DNA of 64,000 bases. Origin: Longimicrobiales bacterium. GTDB lineage: Bacteria > Gemmatimonadota > Gemmatimonadetes > Longimicrobiales > Gaopeijiaceae. This document shows, in pieces, positions 1 through 10,040 of the stretch; within the stretch, counting starts at the first letter, position 1; each line of letters opens with the position of its first letter. Location: the NCBI GenBank assembly GCA_965218295.1, contig CBDCKN010000013.1:320001-384000 (forward strand). Direction: 5' to 3'. The position numbers and the translations under genes are program-made. Under the pieces are notes generated by a model. The model searched no databases, was not told the DNA's origin, and saw only the letters and a program-made list of their open reading frames with translations.

Positions 1-57
1 CGTTGGCTGCTCCTCATGGAGAGGGAGTCCACCGCCTTCACCGACTCCTAGGGTCGC

Positions 58-1218
58 TCACGTCTGTGTGAACGCCTCTTTCACGCGGGACCACAGGCTC
101 CTTCGGGACTCTCCCTCGATCTGCTCGGGAGCGGGATCCTCCACGTCACGGAATGCCTGAAGCACCTCTTCCTGTTCCACGGTCAGACGGTCCGGCGTCC
201 ACACCACTATGCGGACGAGCTGGTCCCCCCTGCCCCGGCCGTTGAGCTCGGGAAGCCCACGTCCGCGAAGCCGCAGCACTTCGCCACTCTGGATTCCGGG
301 CGGAATCGTGAGCCGCACGGTGCCCTCCACCGTGGGAACCTCCATCTCGGCCCCCAGGGCCGCCTGTGAAAAGGTGATCGGCAGCTCGTAGCGGAGATGG
401 GGACCGTCCCTGACGAAGGGGGTGTCCTCCTCCACCTCGAGGAGGACGATGATGTCTCCCTGGGGGCCGCCCCTGGGCCCCAGATTGCCCTCGCTCCGGA
501 GGGTGAGGAAATTTTCGGACGTCACGCCGGCCGGGATCTCCACCTCGACCTCCCGTTGGGTGCGAGCCCGTCCGTCGCCGTTGCACTTGGGACACGGCTT
601 TTCGATCACGCGACCCTCGCCACCGCACGTCCGGCACGGCGCCACGCTGACGAACTGCCCGAATACGGAGCGCTGGACATGCCGCTCCTCACCCGATCCA
701 CCGCACGTCGAGCAGGTCACAGGCCCCGACCCCGCGGCCGCCCCGCTTCCACTGCAGCGATCACAGGCTCCCAGCACCGCCACACCGAGGGTCTTGGTGA
801 CTCCCGTTGCGACCTCGAGCAATGTCAGCGGAACCTTCACCTTAATCGTCTGGCCCTTGCGAGGCGCCTGCGACGGGCCCCGCTGCCGCCCACCGAAGAG
901 GTCTTCCAACCCGCCGAAGCCACCGAAGTCCCGCATGAAGATCTCGACGGCATCGGCGAAGTCGAAGCCGCCGAACCCCCCGGCCCCGCCGACACCTCGC
1001 TTCAGGCCCTGCTCCCCGTAGCGGTCGTAGACGGAGCGCTTCTCCGAGTCACGGAGAACCTCGTATGCCTCCGTCACTTCCTTGAAGCGCTCCTCCGTCT
1101 CTTTGGAGCCCTGGTTCCGATCCGGATGATACTTGAGGGCGAGCTTGCGATACGCCCTCTTGATGTCATCGGTGCTGGCGTTCCGGGGAACGTCCAGCAG
1201 GTCGTAGTAGTCGGCCAT
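58..1218 (-). CDS. dnaJ: Molecular chaperone DnaJ
   Basis: J-domain with HPD (KYHPD), G/F-rich region, four CxxCxGxG zinc-finger repeats. ATG at 1218 follows a GAGGT RBS; the ORF-track extension to 1266 lies inside a repeat element. Confidence 0.97.
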   Translation of the reverse strand: MADYYDLLDVPRNASTDDIKRAYRKLALKYHPDRNQGSKETEERFKEVTEAYEVLRDSEKRSVYDRYGEQGLKRGVGGAGGFGGFDFADAVEIFMRDFGGFGGLEDLFGGRQRGPSQAPRKGQTIKVKVPLTLLEVATGVTKTLGVAVLGACDRCSGSGAAAGSGPVTCSTCGGSGEERHVQRSVFGQFVSVAPCRTCGGEGRVIEKPCPKCNGDGRARTQREVEVEIPAGVTSENFLTLRSEGNLGPRGGPQGDIIVLLEVEEDTPFVRDGPHLRYELPITFSQAALGAEMEVPTVEGTVRLTIPPGIQSGEVLRLRGRGLPELNGRGRGDQLVRIVVWTPDRLTVEQEEVLQAFRDVEDPAPEQIEGESRRSLWSRVKEAFTQT

Positions 1219-1232
1219 TACCTCGTGCAGGC

Positions 1233-1398
1233 TAGTGTTCCGTTTCCGAAGTTCGCGAGCCACCAAGAGGGCCGGGGCGCCGTGGGATCAAGGCGGGACG
1301 ACGCGGCGTAGCGCAAGCTACGGTAAGGAGTCCCAACGCCGAGGCCGCGGATGCACCGTGCCCTCGACTGGCCGAGACACTTCGGTAACGGGACACTA
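1233..1398. mobile_element. MITE-like element, family A, copy 1 (166 nt including both TA ends)
   Basis: Imperfect TIRs TAGTGTTCCGTTTCCGAAGT ... ACTTCGGTAACGGGACACTA, both in CTAG context. Its reverse complement aligns with 42083-42245 and 58567-58776. No transposase ORF. Confidence 0.85.
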
Positions 1399-2469
1399 GA
1401 CGCCGAGGACGCTGTTGACCAGCGTCGATGTGTAGTCAACGATGGCGATCACCTTCTCGTACGGCATGCGCGTGGGTCCGATGACCCCGATGACGCCCTT
1501 GAGGTCGCCGACACGGTATTCCGCCGTCACGAGGGTGAAGTCCCAGAGGGCCTCGGCATCGTTCTCGCCGCCGATCGTGATCTTGAGCCCGCCTTGGTGC
1601 TCCCGGCTGCCGAGGACCTGCGCGAGCAGATCTCGCTGCTCGGTGAGCTCGATGAGCCCCTTCAGTCGCTCACCGCTCGTGAACTCGGGCTGGGCCGCCA
1701 GCACACTCGTCTGACCCAGGTGCACTTCAGCCTCCGTCAGAGGCGACCAGTCGAAGAGCTCCGAGCTCGACTGCATGAAGATGTTCAGCAGCTCATCGGT
1801 GTCGGCCCGGTCGTCCAGCGAGGAGTCCCTGAGCCGCTCCGGCAACGTCTCACGAATGTCTTGCAAGGTCAGGCCGCCCAGCCGCTCGTTCAGGACCTGG
1901 GTCACGCTCGTCAGAATGTCCGGCTTCACCTCGCCGGGCAGGTCGACGTACACGGTGCGCACCAACCCACTCCGGATCGTCATGACCATGAGGATCTTCG
2001 CGCTCGACACCTGAATGAGCTCCAGGTGCTCGAGGGTCGCCTCCGCGAAGCTGGGCGCCACCGCCACGCCCAATTCCTTCGACAGGAGGCTCAAGGCTCG
2101 GATCGAGCGCTGAACCAGCCGCTCCACAGCGGAAGATCCCGAGGCATCGATCTCCTCGACCAGGCGCTCGCGCTCGGCGTCGGTCAGCGGCGTCGGCCGC
2201 ATGATGCGATCCACAAAGAAGCGATACGCGTGATCGGTGGGAATGCGACCCGCCGACGTGTGCGGGTGGAAGAGATACCCCTTGGACTCGAGGTCGCTCA
2301 TCGTATTCCGCACGGTAGCCGGCGACACCCCGAGGTCGAACCTCTTCGCCACGGTGCGGCTACCCGTCGGCTCCGCGAAGTCGACGTACGTGCGAACCAC
2401 CGCCTCGAGCACGTGGCGCTCGCGGTCGGAAAGCTCCTGGCCGACGGGATCCGTTCTCCTGAGGGTCAT
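1396..2469 (-). CDS. hrcA: Heat-inducible transcription repressor HrcA
   Basis: VSPATVRNTMSDLE and PHTSAGRIPT motifs, C-terminal GVIGPTRMPY, upstream of dnaJ. Confidence 0.97.
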   Translation of the reverse strand: MTLRRTDPVGQELSDRERHVLEAVVRTYVDFAEPTGSRTVAKRFDLGVSPATVRNTMSDLESKGYLFHPHTSAGRIPTDHAYRFFVDRIMRPTPLTDAERERLVEEIDASGSSAVERLVQRSIRALSLLSKELGVAVAPSFAEATLEHLELIQVSSAKILMVMTIRSGLVRTVYVDLPGEVKPDILTSVTQVLNERLGGLTLQDIRETLPERLRDSSLDDRADTDELLNIFMQSSSELFDWSPLTEAEVHLGQTSVLAAQPEFTSGERLKGLIELTEQRDLLAQVLGSREHQGGLKITIGGENDAEALWDFTLVTAEYRVGDLKGVIGVIGPTRMPYEKVIAIVDYTSTLVNSVLGV

Positions 2470-2532
2470 CTACTAGCTCGCTCTTGGCATTTAAACATCG
2501 CGTTAGAAGATCGAATTCCGTTCTTTACCTCG

Positions 2533-3723
2533 TCAACGGCCTGCTACGTCATCGTCGAGCTCGACGGTGAGGCGATCCATGACCAGCCATCCGCGAGGAG
2601 TCAGGCGGGCGGCCCCCCGCTCTGCCTCCGCCAGACCACCTTCGATCCAACGATTCACTCTTTCTCGGGCGGCGGGTGGGAGATCGGCCGTCGCCACCCC
2701 CCGGCGGGTGCGTAGGCCCAGCCAGATGCGCTCGAGCCGGACCTTGTCGGCATCGAGCTCTTCGTGATCGGCTACCGGAGGGGTCGCTCCCACCGCCTTA
2801 ACTCGATAGGCGTCCCAGTCCCGGAGGTTCCATCGGCGCACCGGGTACTGGTAGCTGTGAGCTCCGTTTCCGAGCCCCAGATAGGGATCTCCGGACCAGT
2901 ACACCATGTTGTGGCGTGAGGCCCGACGCGTTCGGGCGAAGTTCGACACTTCGTAGGCCTCGTAACCGGCGTCCGTCAGACGCTCTACGGCCGTGAGATA
3001 TTCCCACTCGTAGCGCTCCTCGGAGGCGACCGCCTCGCGCCCTTCGGCGACGGAGCGCCCCAGGGGCGTGCCCGATTCGACGCTGAGCCCGTACAGGCTC
3101 ACATGATCAGCGTCCAGCGAAAGAACTTGATGCAGATCCTCCTCAAAGTCCCGCCCCAGGTGTTCGGGCAACCCGAAGATCAGATCCACGCTGACGTTGT
3201 CGAAGCCCGCAGCCCGTGCGGTGCGGACCGCCTCCCGTGCGCCGGCGGCGCCGTGGAGCCGCCCCATCCAACGTAGAGAGGCTTCGTGGAAGCTCTGGAC
3301 CCCGAGGCTCACGCGGTTCACCCCAGCCCTCTTCCAGCCTTCGGCCACGTCTCTCGTGAAACTCTCGGGGTTCGCCTCGCTCGTCCATTCCAGATGCGCG
3401 CAGCCCAGGCGGGTCGGGCTCACCAGCCTTCGGATCCCCTCCATCGCTGCCGGACCCAAAAGGGACGGCGTCCCGCCGCCTATGTAGAGGGTGTCGAGAG
3501 AAGCGTCGAGCACGAAGGCTCCTTCCTCTTCCAAGGAGCGGAGCTCCCCACCGATCGCCTCGAGCCACTCCTCCGGGTCGCCCTGGGGCGCCACCTTGAC
3601 CGCGAAGTCACAGTAGAAGCAGCGGCGCGAGCAAAAAGGGGCGTGGATGTACAGCGAGCGGATTCGGTCGCCTTCGGTCGCCGGCTCGTCGAGCCGTACC
3701 GGGCGGGGCGCGTCGGTGGTCAT
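2533..3723 (-). CDS. hemW: Radical SAM heme chaperone HemW (HemN-like)
   Basis: LYIHAPFCSRRCFYCDF, GGGTPS, YEVSNFA and HNMVYW motifs; adjacent to hrcA. Confidence 0.92.
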   Translation of the reverse strand: MTTDAPRPVRLDEPATEGDRIRSLYIHAPFCSRRCFYCDFAVKVAPQGDPEEWLEAIGGELRSLEEEGAFVLDASLDTLYIGGGTPSLLGPAAMEGIRRLVSPTRLGCAHLEWTSEANPESFTRDVAEGWKRAGVNRVSLGVQSFHEASLRWMGRLHGAAGAREAVRTARAAGFDNVSVDLIFGLPEHLGRDFEEDLHQVLSLDADHVSLYGLSVESGTPLGRSVAEGREAVASEERYEWEYLTAVERLTDAGYEAYEVSNFARTRRASRHNMVYWSGDPYLGLGNGAHSYQYPVRRWNLRDWDAYRVKAVGATPPVADHEELDADKVRLERIWLGLRTRRGVATADLPPAARERVNRWIEGGLAEAERGAARLTPRGWLVMDRLTVELDDDVAGR

Positions 3724-4914
3724 TCAGGATGCCTTGCGGAAGCGCATCCCGGCGTCCTGGGCAACCCACCCGCCCAGCTCCAGCTCGGTGAGGACCGCCA
3801 GCACGCTGCCCGAGTCGAGCCGGGTGAGGTGCGCCAGCTTCTCGATCCCGACGGGCTGCTCGTCCAACACTCCCCAGACTCGACGCGCCACGGGGGTCAG
3901 GCGCCCCGGCTCCGCGGTCCGCCCAGAGGCCTCCGGCGAACCGGCCACCGGATCCGTGTCCCGTCGACCTTCGCCACGACCTTCGCCAGGCCCCTCGTCG
4001 CGATGACCCACACCGAGAAGGTCGAGCTCACGCGCGAAGTCCATCGCAGAGGTGACGACGTGGGCCCCTTGCTGGAGGAGGGTGTTGCACCCCCGGCTCT
4101 GGGGGGCGTCGACGGGTCCAGGCACGGCATACACGTCGCGACCCAGGTCGAGGGCGTGCTCCACCGTGATGAACGCTCCACTCCGCTCGCCGGCCTCCAC
4201 CACCACGACCACCGCGCCGAGAGCCGCGAGGATGCGATTCCTCCGGGGGAAGTGATGGCCCCGGGCGGGCTCGCCCGGAAGAAATTCCGACAGGAGGAGA
4301 CCCTCTCGGGCGATTCGGTGGCCCAGTGCGCGATGGGAGGACGGCTGAATCAGATCGACGCCGGAACCGAGCACGGCGATGGTGTCCCCCCCAAACTCCA
4401 GGGCGCCCCGGTGAGCGGCTCCATCGATCCCCAGCGCCAATCCGCTCACCACCACGACGCCCCGACCGGCCAGCTGCGCGGCCAGCCTCTCCGCTACCCT
4501 ACGGCCATACTGGGTGGAGCGGCGGGAACCCACAACGGTCACGGCGGGGCCGGACAGGAGCTCGAGATCGCCACGGCAGAAGAGAAGCGCAGGAGGATCG
4601 GTGAGGTGGCGCAGCCGCCCGGGGTATTCCCGGTCACGCCACGTGAGGACCCGCATCTCGGATGCGGTGCACCGCTGCCAGGCGCGCTCGACCCGCTCAT
4701 TCAGCTCCGGCGCTCTGAGGGCGGCGGCCGTGCGGAAGCCCGCCACGGCGTTCAGGTGAGAGGAGGGCGCCTCCAGCGCGGCGACGCCGGAGCCGAATCG
4801 CTCTAGAATCCGCCACAGGGTCCGGGTTCCCACGCGGGGAAGGCAGTGGAGTCGCATGACGGCCTCGACCTCACGAGCACGTTCCGGGGACCAGTTCTTC
4901 AGGGAGTCCACCAA
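3724..4914 (-). CDS. dprA: DNA-processing protein DprA
   Basis: VVSGLALGIDGAAHRGAL, HFPRRNRILAAL, VVEAGERSGAFIT, C-terminal winged helix (LTELELGG). Start is TTG 4914 or GTG 4911. Confidence 0.95.
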   Translation of the reverse strand: MVDSLKNWSPERAREVEAVMRLHCLPRVGTRTLWRILERFGSGVAALEAPSSHLNAVAGFRTAAALRAPELNERVERAWQRCTASEMRVLTWRDREYPGRLRHLTDPPALLFCRGDLELLSGPAVTVVGSRRSTQYGRRVAERLAAQLAGRGVVVVSGLALGIDGAAHRGALEFGGDTIAVLGSGVDLIQPSSHRALGHRIAREGLLLSEFLPGEPARGHHFPRRNRILAALGAVVVVVEAGERSGAFITVEHALDLGRDVYAVPGPVDAPQSRGCNTLLQQGAHVVTSAMDFARELDLLGVGHRDEGPGEGRGEGRRDTDPVAGSPEASGRTAEPGRLTPVARRVWGVLDEQPVGIEKLAHLTRLDSGSVLAVLTELELGGWVAQDAGMRFRKAS

Positions 4915-5924
4915 TCCTCGTCCTCATCCCCCTCGTCCTCTTGGATGGCTACCCACGTGCGCTCCCAAAGGCCCTCCAGGAGATCCGTGAGCCCGGATTG
5001 GGCTACGGACGATATCACCAAGGTCGCCCACGCTTCGGGGGCGTCGATCTCGGGCGGCGAATCTTCCGGGCCCAGGAGGTCGGCCTTGGTGAGCACCACG
5101 CAGTGCGGCCGTGCAGCCAACTCCGCGGAGTATGCCGCCAGCTCGTCCCGCAGCTCCCTGTACTCGGTCTGAGGGTCCGGTGAATCCACGGGAATCAACA
5201 ACGCCAGCGTTCGCGTCCGCTCGATGTGGCGTAGGAACTGGAGCCCCAGACCCTTCCCCTCGTGCGCCCCGTCGATGATCCCAGGAATGTCGGCGATGGC
5301 AAAGGTGCGGAAGTCCGAAAGCCCTACCACTCCGAGGTTCGGCTCCAGGGTCGTGAAGGGATAGTCCGCCACTTTGGGGCGTGCCCTGGATACCGTTGCC
5401 AGCAGCGTCGACTTGCCGGCGTTGGGCTCACCTACGAGACCGACGTCGGCGATCAGTTTGAGCTCCAGCTTGACCCGACGCTCCTCTCCCTGCTCGCCCG
5501 GCTCCCAGCGGATGGGCGTCTGGTTCGTCGACGTGGTAAAGTGGACGTTGCCCCGGCCCCCTCGCCCTCCTCGAGCCACCACCAGCCGGTCTTCGGCTTT
5601 CAGGAGCTCACCGAGGACCTCCTGCGTATCGGCGTCCTTCAGCACCGTTCCCGGCGGCACCCGGATGACGAGGTCCGTGCCGCTCTTGCCTGTCTTGTTC
5701 TTCCCCGAGCCGTGGAGACCCCGCTCGGCCCGGTGGTGCTGGCGGTAGCGGAGGTCCAGCAGCGTGGTGAGCTGCGGATCGGCCACCATGACCACGTCCC
5801 CCCCGTGGCCGCCGTCGCCACCGGCGGGTCCACCTCGGGGTACGCCCTTCTCACGACGGTACGCTTCGGATCCGGCGCCTCCCGCTCCTCCGTACACGTT
5901 GATGACGGTCCTGTCGACGAACAT
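4899..5924 (-). CDS. obgE: GTPase ObgE/CgtA
   Basis: MFVD start, glycine-rich Obg fold, GEPNAGKST, YPFTT and DIPG motifs; start overlaps the upstream stop. Confidence 0.97.
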   Translation of the reverse strand: MFVDRTVINVYGGAGGAGSEAYRREKGVPRGGPAGGDGGHGGDVVMVADPQLTTLLDLRYRQHHRAERGLHGSGKNKTGKSGTDLVIRVPPGTVLKDADTQEVLGELLKAEDRLVVARGGRGGRGNVHFTTSTNQTPIRWEPGEQGEERRVKLELKLIADVGLVGEPNAGKSTLLATVSRARPKVADYPFTTLEPNLGVVGLSDFRTFAIADIPGIIDGAHEGKGLGLQFLRHIERTRTLALLIPVDSPDPQTEYRELRDELAAYSAELAARPHCVVLTKADLLGPEDSPPEIDAPEAWATLVISSVAQSGLTDLLEGLWERTWVAIQEDEGDEDEDWWTP

Positions 5925-6526
5925 CAGGCGACGTGCCTTTCCTGGACCTTCTCCCACACCTTCATCGACTCGCGGCGCCCGTCCTCGTCGAGGTAGGGGT
6001 CGGCCTGAGCCAAGGCCTCTTCGACGTCCGACACATCGGCTCCGACGTTCAGCGCTCCGCGGAGGTGGGAGTAGAGCTGCTTCGGGGCCCCCAGCACCGC
6101 CAGGCTCGCAACGATGCACAGCTCTCGGATCGTCAGAGGCAGCCCCGGCCTTCCGAGAACCTTGCCGTACCCTTCCACCACCATCCACTGCTCGAGGTCC
6201 GGGTGCAGGGCCCGAACGGTCTCGCGCAGCTTCTCGTACTGGCCCGCGTACACCGAGCCGCAGACTTCGTGTCCCCGGTCCGCCCATCCAACCCAGTCCA
6301 GCTCCTGGGGCGCCGGCGGCACCGCGTGGGAAAACCGGCGCCACGCGGCCATGCCGTTCAGGGATGCCGGGAATCCGAGAAAGAGGTAGGATTGGAGGAG
6401 CACCTCCTCTACCTGGCGGCTGTCGGCCACCCCGCGAGCCCCTTCGAAGGCGGACCTCAAGGCTGCCTTGCCTCTGGAAGCGAGGGCCGCGCTAATGCGG
6501 ACCAGGGACCGCTCACCATCCGTCAT
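5924..6526 (-). CDS. Carboxymuconolactone decarboxylase (CMD/AhpD-like) family protein
   Basis: YGKVLGRPGL..RELCIVASLAVLG..QLYSHLRGALNVGA is CMD-like; no CxxC motif. Confidence 0.8.
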   Translation of the reverse strand: MTDGERSLVRISAALASRGKAALRSAFEGARGVADSRQVEEVLLQSYLFLGFPASLNGMAAWRRFSHAVPPAPQELDWVGWADRGHEVCGSVYAGQYEKLRETVRALHPDLEQWMVVEGYGKVLGRPGLPLTIRELCIVASLAVLGAPKQLYSHLRGALNVGADVSDVEEALAQADPYLDEDGRRESMKVWEKVQERHVA

Positions 6527-7507
6527 CCGTGCCGCTCCAGCTCGAACTCCGGTCGGATGTCGCCCACCTCCACTCCTCGGGTGTTGATCGTGGGCGGTGC
6601 ACGGAAGCGATCCAGCTCCTCGCTCTCGATCCCATCGAGCACGCCCAGCTCCCTCAGGATGTGAAGGACCGCCACGGGACTGGCCCTACTGCCGCCATCC
6701 TCCACCTTCACGGCCAGCCCGAACGATCCGTCGGTGGCACCCACCCCGAACACTCCCTCGGCTCCCGTCTTGCCGAACACGCGGTCTCCAACCGCCTCAC
6801 CAAGAGCCGTCCCGAAGCGGCCCGTCCCGGCGACCATAAACGGGTGGGCGGTCATGGCTCGCACGATCTCTGTTGGCGGCCCCTCCGTACCCCCCAACCT
6901 CGCGAAGCCGGAGGCAAGTCGCGAGACAGGGGTGGCGAAACAGACTACCCCACACCCGTCCTGCCCAAGTCCGATCTCCCCTTCGGCGAGTCCCGTCCAT
7001 CGAGCGATCTCGGCGAGCATCCTCCTCTGCACCGGGTGGTCGGGACGGATGTATCCCCGAGTGGGCCAGCAATGAGCCTTGGCCAGAGCCAACATGCCGG
7101 CGCTTGCCGCAGCAATTGTTGTGGATCGGCCTCGGCTCCTCACCGGCGCGTAGGAGCTGGTTCGCCGCACGCTCGTCGTACGGAAGATGCGGGCCACACT
7201 CCAGATCCCCTTCCACGAGGCCCGCCTTCTCCAAGATAGATCCAGCCGCTTCGATGTGCGCCGGCTCGCTGTTGTGGGAAGCGCAACAGAGCGCCAGCTC
7301 CTCCGTCGTGAACCCGAATCGCTCCACGACCCCGTCTTCCACCAGAGGCACGGCCTGGAAGGGTTTCGCGGCGGACCGGTAGACGACGACATGCTCGGGA
7401 TCTCCGACGCTGGCCGTCAGGCGACCGTCTCCGTCGACGACGGCGGCATGCACCCGATGGACCGCTTCGACGATTCCGCCGCGGCGAGCCACCACCACGG
7501 AGCTCAT
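6523..7507 (-). CDS. L-asparaginase II family protein (apparent frameshift at ~7102)
   Basis: N-terminal frame has RSAAKPFQA and CASHNSE. C-terminal frame has DGCGV, MTAHPFMVAG, KTGAEG and AVKVEDG. The NCSGKH motif reads NCCGK followed by a 2-nt loss. Confidence 0.85.
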
Positions 7508-7623
7508 GGTCGGCACACCTCGCGATGGCACGGAACGTGGAGAACGAGCATGTACTCTACCGGATGGGTCGGGGCCCTCGAAGGGCTCGATGGGTCGGCA
7601 CCGGCCGACTCCACACCCCTATG

Positions 7624-9306
7624 TCAGTTCGAGCCCGAAGCCCCGGACGGCACCGCTTCCGCAGCCGTCTCGCTGTCGGGACTCTGGGAGTCATCATCCG
7701 CGCGGAACAGCGTCTGTGGCGACTCGGAGTTCTTGAGAAGCTCGATGGCCTTGTTGAGCTGAACGTCCTTGTCCCGGATCTGCCGGAAGGCGTCCTCCCT
7801 GTCCCACGCCTGCACGGCGATCTGTCTCTCGAGCTGATACGTGACGAAGCGACTGGCCGTCTCATAGTCGGCCCGTTCCAACTCAACCTCGTGCTCGTCC
7901 ACCAGATAGCGGTAAAAGCGATCCAGGTCGGAGGCAGACGGGGTGAAGCCGATCTGCAGGTCGGGATGCTCCTGCACGTAGCTCACGGCGAAGTTGAAGA
8001 GCGCGGTAGCGAAGACCCCCGCGGAGCGGAAGACCCGCTGAACCGCAGCCTGCTCGGCGAGCGTCAGCGTGTCGGGCAACACGGTCAGATCGGGAGTGAT
8101 GCCCCCACCGGCGTAGAGAGTCCGCCCTCCCATGGACTGGGCCGTAGGTCGTCCCTCCGGATTATCCTTGAGCACCCGCTGGCCACTGCGGCCCAGGGTC
8201 GAGCTCTGAGGCGCCCGAGAAGCCTCCTGCTCCTCACGGGTCATGTGGATGGACCGGCCCATCGGTGTATACCACCGAGCCGTAGTCAGCCGGAGGACGT
8301 TGCCCCCGGTCAGACGGTAGAGGGTCTGTACCGAGCCCTTGCCGTAGCTCCGGCTGCCGATGACGAGGGCTCGATCGTGGTCCTGCAGCGCACCTGCCAC
8401 GATCTCCGAGGAGCTGGCGCTGTTCTGGTTCACCATGACGACCACGGGAAGGCCCGGGAGCAACTCCGGCCTGACGGCAGCGTAGCCCTTGTTCTGCCCG
8501 GCGGCACGTCCCCTCGTCTCCAGGATGGCAGCCGAGTTGGGCAAGAACATGTCGGCGACGACCACACCCTCGTCCAACAGCCCACCCGGATTGTTCCTGA
8601 GATCTAAGATGACAGAGGTCATCCCTTGAGCCTGGAGGCTCTCGATCGCCTCCCGCATCTCGCGACCCGAGGTCTCGCTGAACACCTGAAGCGGGATGTA
8701 GCCCACGCCGTCGTCCACCATCAGAGAGAAGGGCACAGACAGGAGCTCAATGACGTCCCGGGTGAGCTTGAATGGGATGGCCTCATCGACGCCGGGACGG
8801 CGGATCATCATCTCCACCTCGGTCCCAGGGGTACCGCGCAGCCGGTCGGCGGCACGATCGGTCTCCCAGTCCTGTGCCGACTCTCCTTCGACCTCGACGA
8901 TCTGATCGCCGGCGCGTATGCCGGCTCGAATGGCCGGCCCGCCGGGCAGCGGTGTGATGACGGTCACCCAGCCGTCCCTCTTCAGGATCTCGAGGCCCAC
9001 GCCTCCGTAGTCGGCGTCGGCGCCGCTCCGGAAGCGGAAGCTCTCCCATGTCGCGGCATCGATGAACGACGTGTGGGGGTCGCCCAGGTCTTCCAAAACA
9101 CCCTCGATGGCGGACTCGATGAGACCGGACCGATCCACGGGATCGACGAACTGCTCCGAGATGTGCTCGATGACCTCCTGGAACAGCCTCGCCTGCACGT
9201 AGACGTTGGCCTCCTGTCCCACGCCGCGCTGGAGGAACCAGCCCCCTGTGACGAGGGCGATGGCCAGCACGACCGCCGGGCCAAGGATCGATCTGGAATC
9301 TCTCAT
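7624..9306 (-). CDS. ctpA: C-terminal processing peptidase, S41A family (CtpA/Prc)
   Basis: N-terminal TM segment, PDZ domain (GGVGLEI), DLRNNPGG, SASSSEIVAGALQD and GKGSVQ. Confidence 0.93.
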   Translation of the reverse strand: MRDSRSILGPAVVLAIALVTGGWFLQRGVGQEANVYVQARLFQEVIEHISEQFVDPVDRSGLIESAIEGVLEDLGDPHTSFIDAATWESFRFRSGADADYGGVGLEILKRDGWVTVITPLPGGPAIRAGIRAGDQIVEVEGESAQDWETDRAADRLRGTPGTEVEMMIRRPGVDEAIPFKLTRDVIELLSVPFSLMVDDGVGYIPLQVFSETSGREMREAIESLQAQGMTSVILDLRNNPGGLLDEGVVVADMFLPNSAAILETRGRAAGQNKGYAAVRPELLPGLPVVVMVNQNSASSSEIVAGALQDHDRALVIGSRSYGKGSVQTLYRLTGGNVLRLTTARWYTPMGRSIHMTREEQEASRAPQSSTLGRSGQRVLKDNPEGRPTAQSMGGRTLYAGGGITPDLTVLPDTLTLAEQAAVQRVFRSAGVFATALFNFAVSYVQEHPDLQIGFTPSASDLDRFYRYLVDEHEVELERADYETASRFVTYQLERQIAVQAWDREDAFRQIRDKDVQLNKAIELLKNSESPQTLFRADDDSQSPDSETAAEAVPSGASGSN

Positions 9307-9350
9307 CTTTGCTCCAACCCACGAGTCCTTCCGCTCACCTTCCAAGAAAA

Positions 9351-10019
9351 CTACTCCTCGAGCAGGGCGAAAGTTGCGGGCATCTCACGTCGAAGCGCAG
9401 CCCTTACGCGAGTGTGCACCTCATTGGCCGTCCCGCGGGCGTCGATGAGGTGCGCCCGCCCGTCGCTCTCCACGAGCTCGTGATACCCCGCTCGAACCGC
9501 CTCCAGGAAGTCATTCCCGGCAAGCTCGAGGCGATCGTCCTCGTTGCCGCCGGCCTTCTGCCTGGCTCTGCCCGCTTCCACTGGGAGGTCGAACACGAGG
9601 TAGAGATCGGGGACGAGGCCATCCGTGGCGAAGCGGTCAAGGCGGCGCACCTCTTCCAGGTCCAGCCCCCTCCCGTACCCCTGATACGCGTACGTGGACA
9701 TGGAGAACCGGTCGGCGATGAAGAGCTCGCCGCGCTCGAGCACCGGACGGACGATCTCACGCACGAAAGCGGCCCGTGCCGCCAGATAGAGCAGGAGCTC
9801 GGTCTCGCGGGGGACCGTGAGATCGGGGCGGCCCTGCACCACGTGTCGGATCGCCTCGCCCACCTCGGTGCCGCCCGGCTCCCGGGCAAGCGTGAAGCTC
9901 ACCCTGCACGACTCTAGCCACTCGACCAGGAGGCGGGCCTGTGTGGTCTTCCCGGCCCCCTCCACGCCCTCCAGCACCAGAAAGGGCCCGCGCTCGGGTG
10001 GGTCTACCGGTGGCGACAC
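9351..10019 (-). CDS. tmk: Thymidylate kinase
   Basis: LEGVEGAGKTT P-loop, REPGGT, DRFSMSTYAYQG. Confidence 0.96.
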   Translation of the reverse strand: MSPPVDPPERGPFLVLEGVEGAGKTTQARLLVEWLESCRVSFTLAREPGGTEVGEAIRHVVQGRPDLTVPRETELLLYLAARAAFVREIVRPVLERGELFIADRFSMSTYAYQGYGRGLDLEEVRRLDRFATDGLVPDLYLVFDLPVEAGRARQKAGGNEDDRLELAGNDFLEAVRAGYHELVESDGRAHLIDARGTANEVHTRVRAALRREMPATFALLEE

Positions 10020-10040
10020 GTCGTCAGTCCGTTCCCTTGG

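Noticed and set aside
1..17. ATG downstream of dnaJ, possibly the start of the next gene (e.g. prmA)
   Set aside because: Only five codons are visible, so it cannot be identified.
2484..2510. Possible CIRCE operator upstream of hrcA (TTGGCATTT...)
   Set aside because: Only one degenerate half-site is present; the second half after N9 (GTTAGAAGA) does not match GAGTGCTAA.
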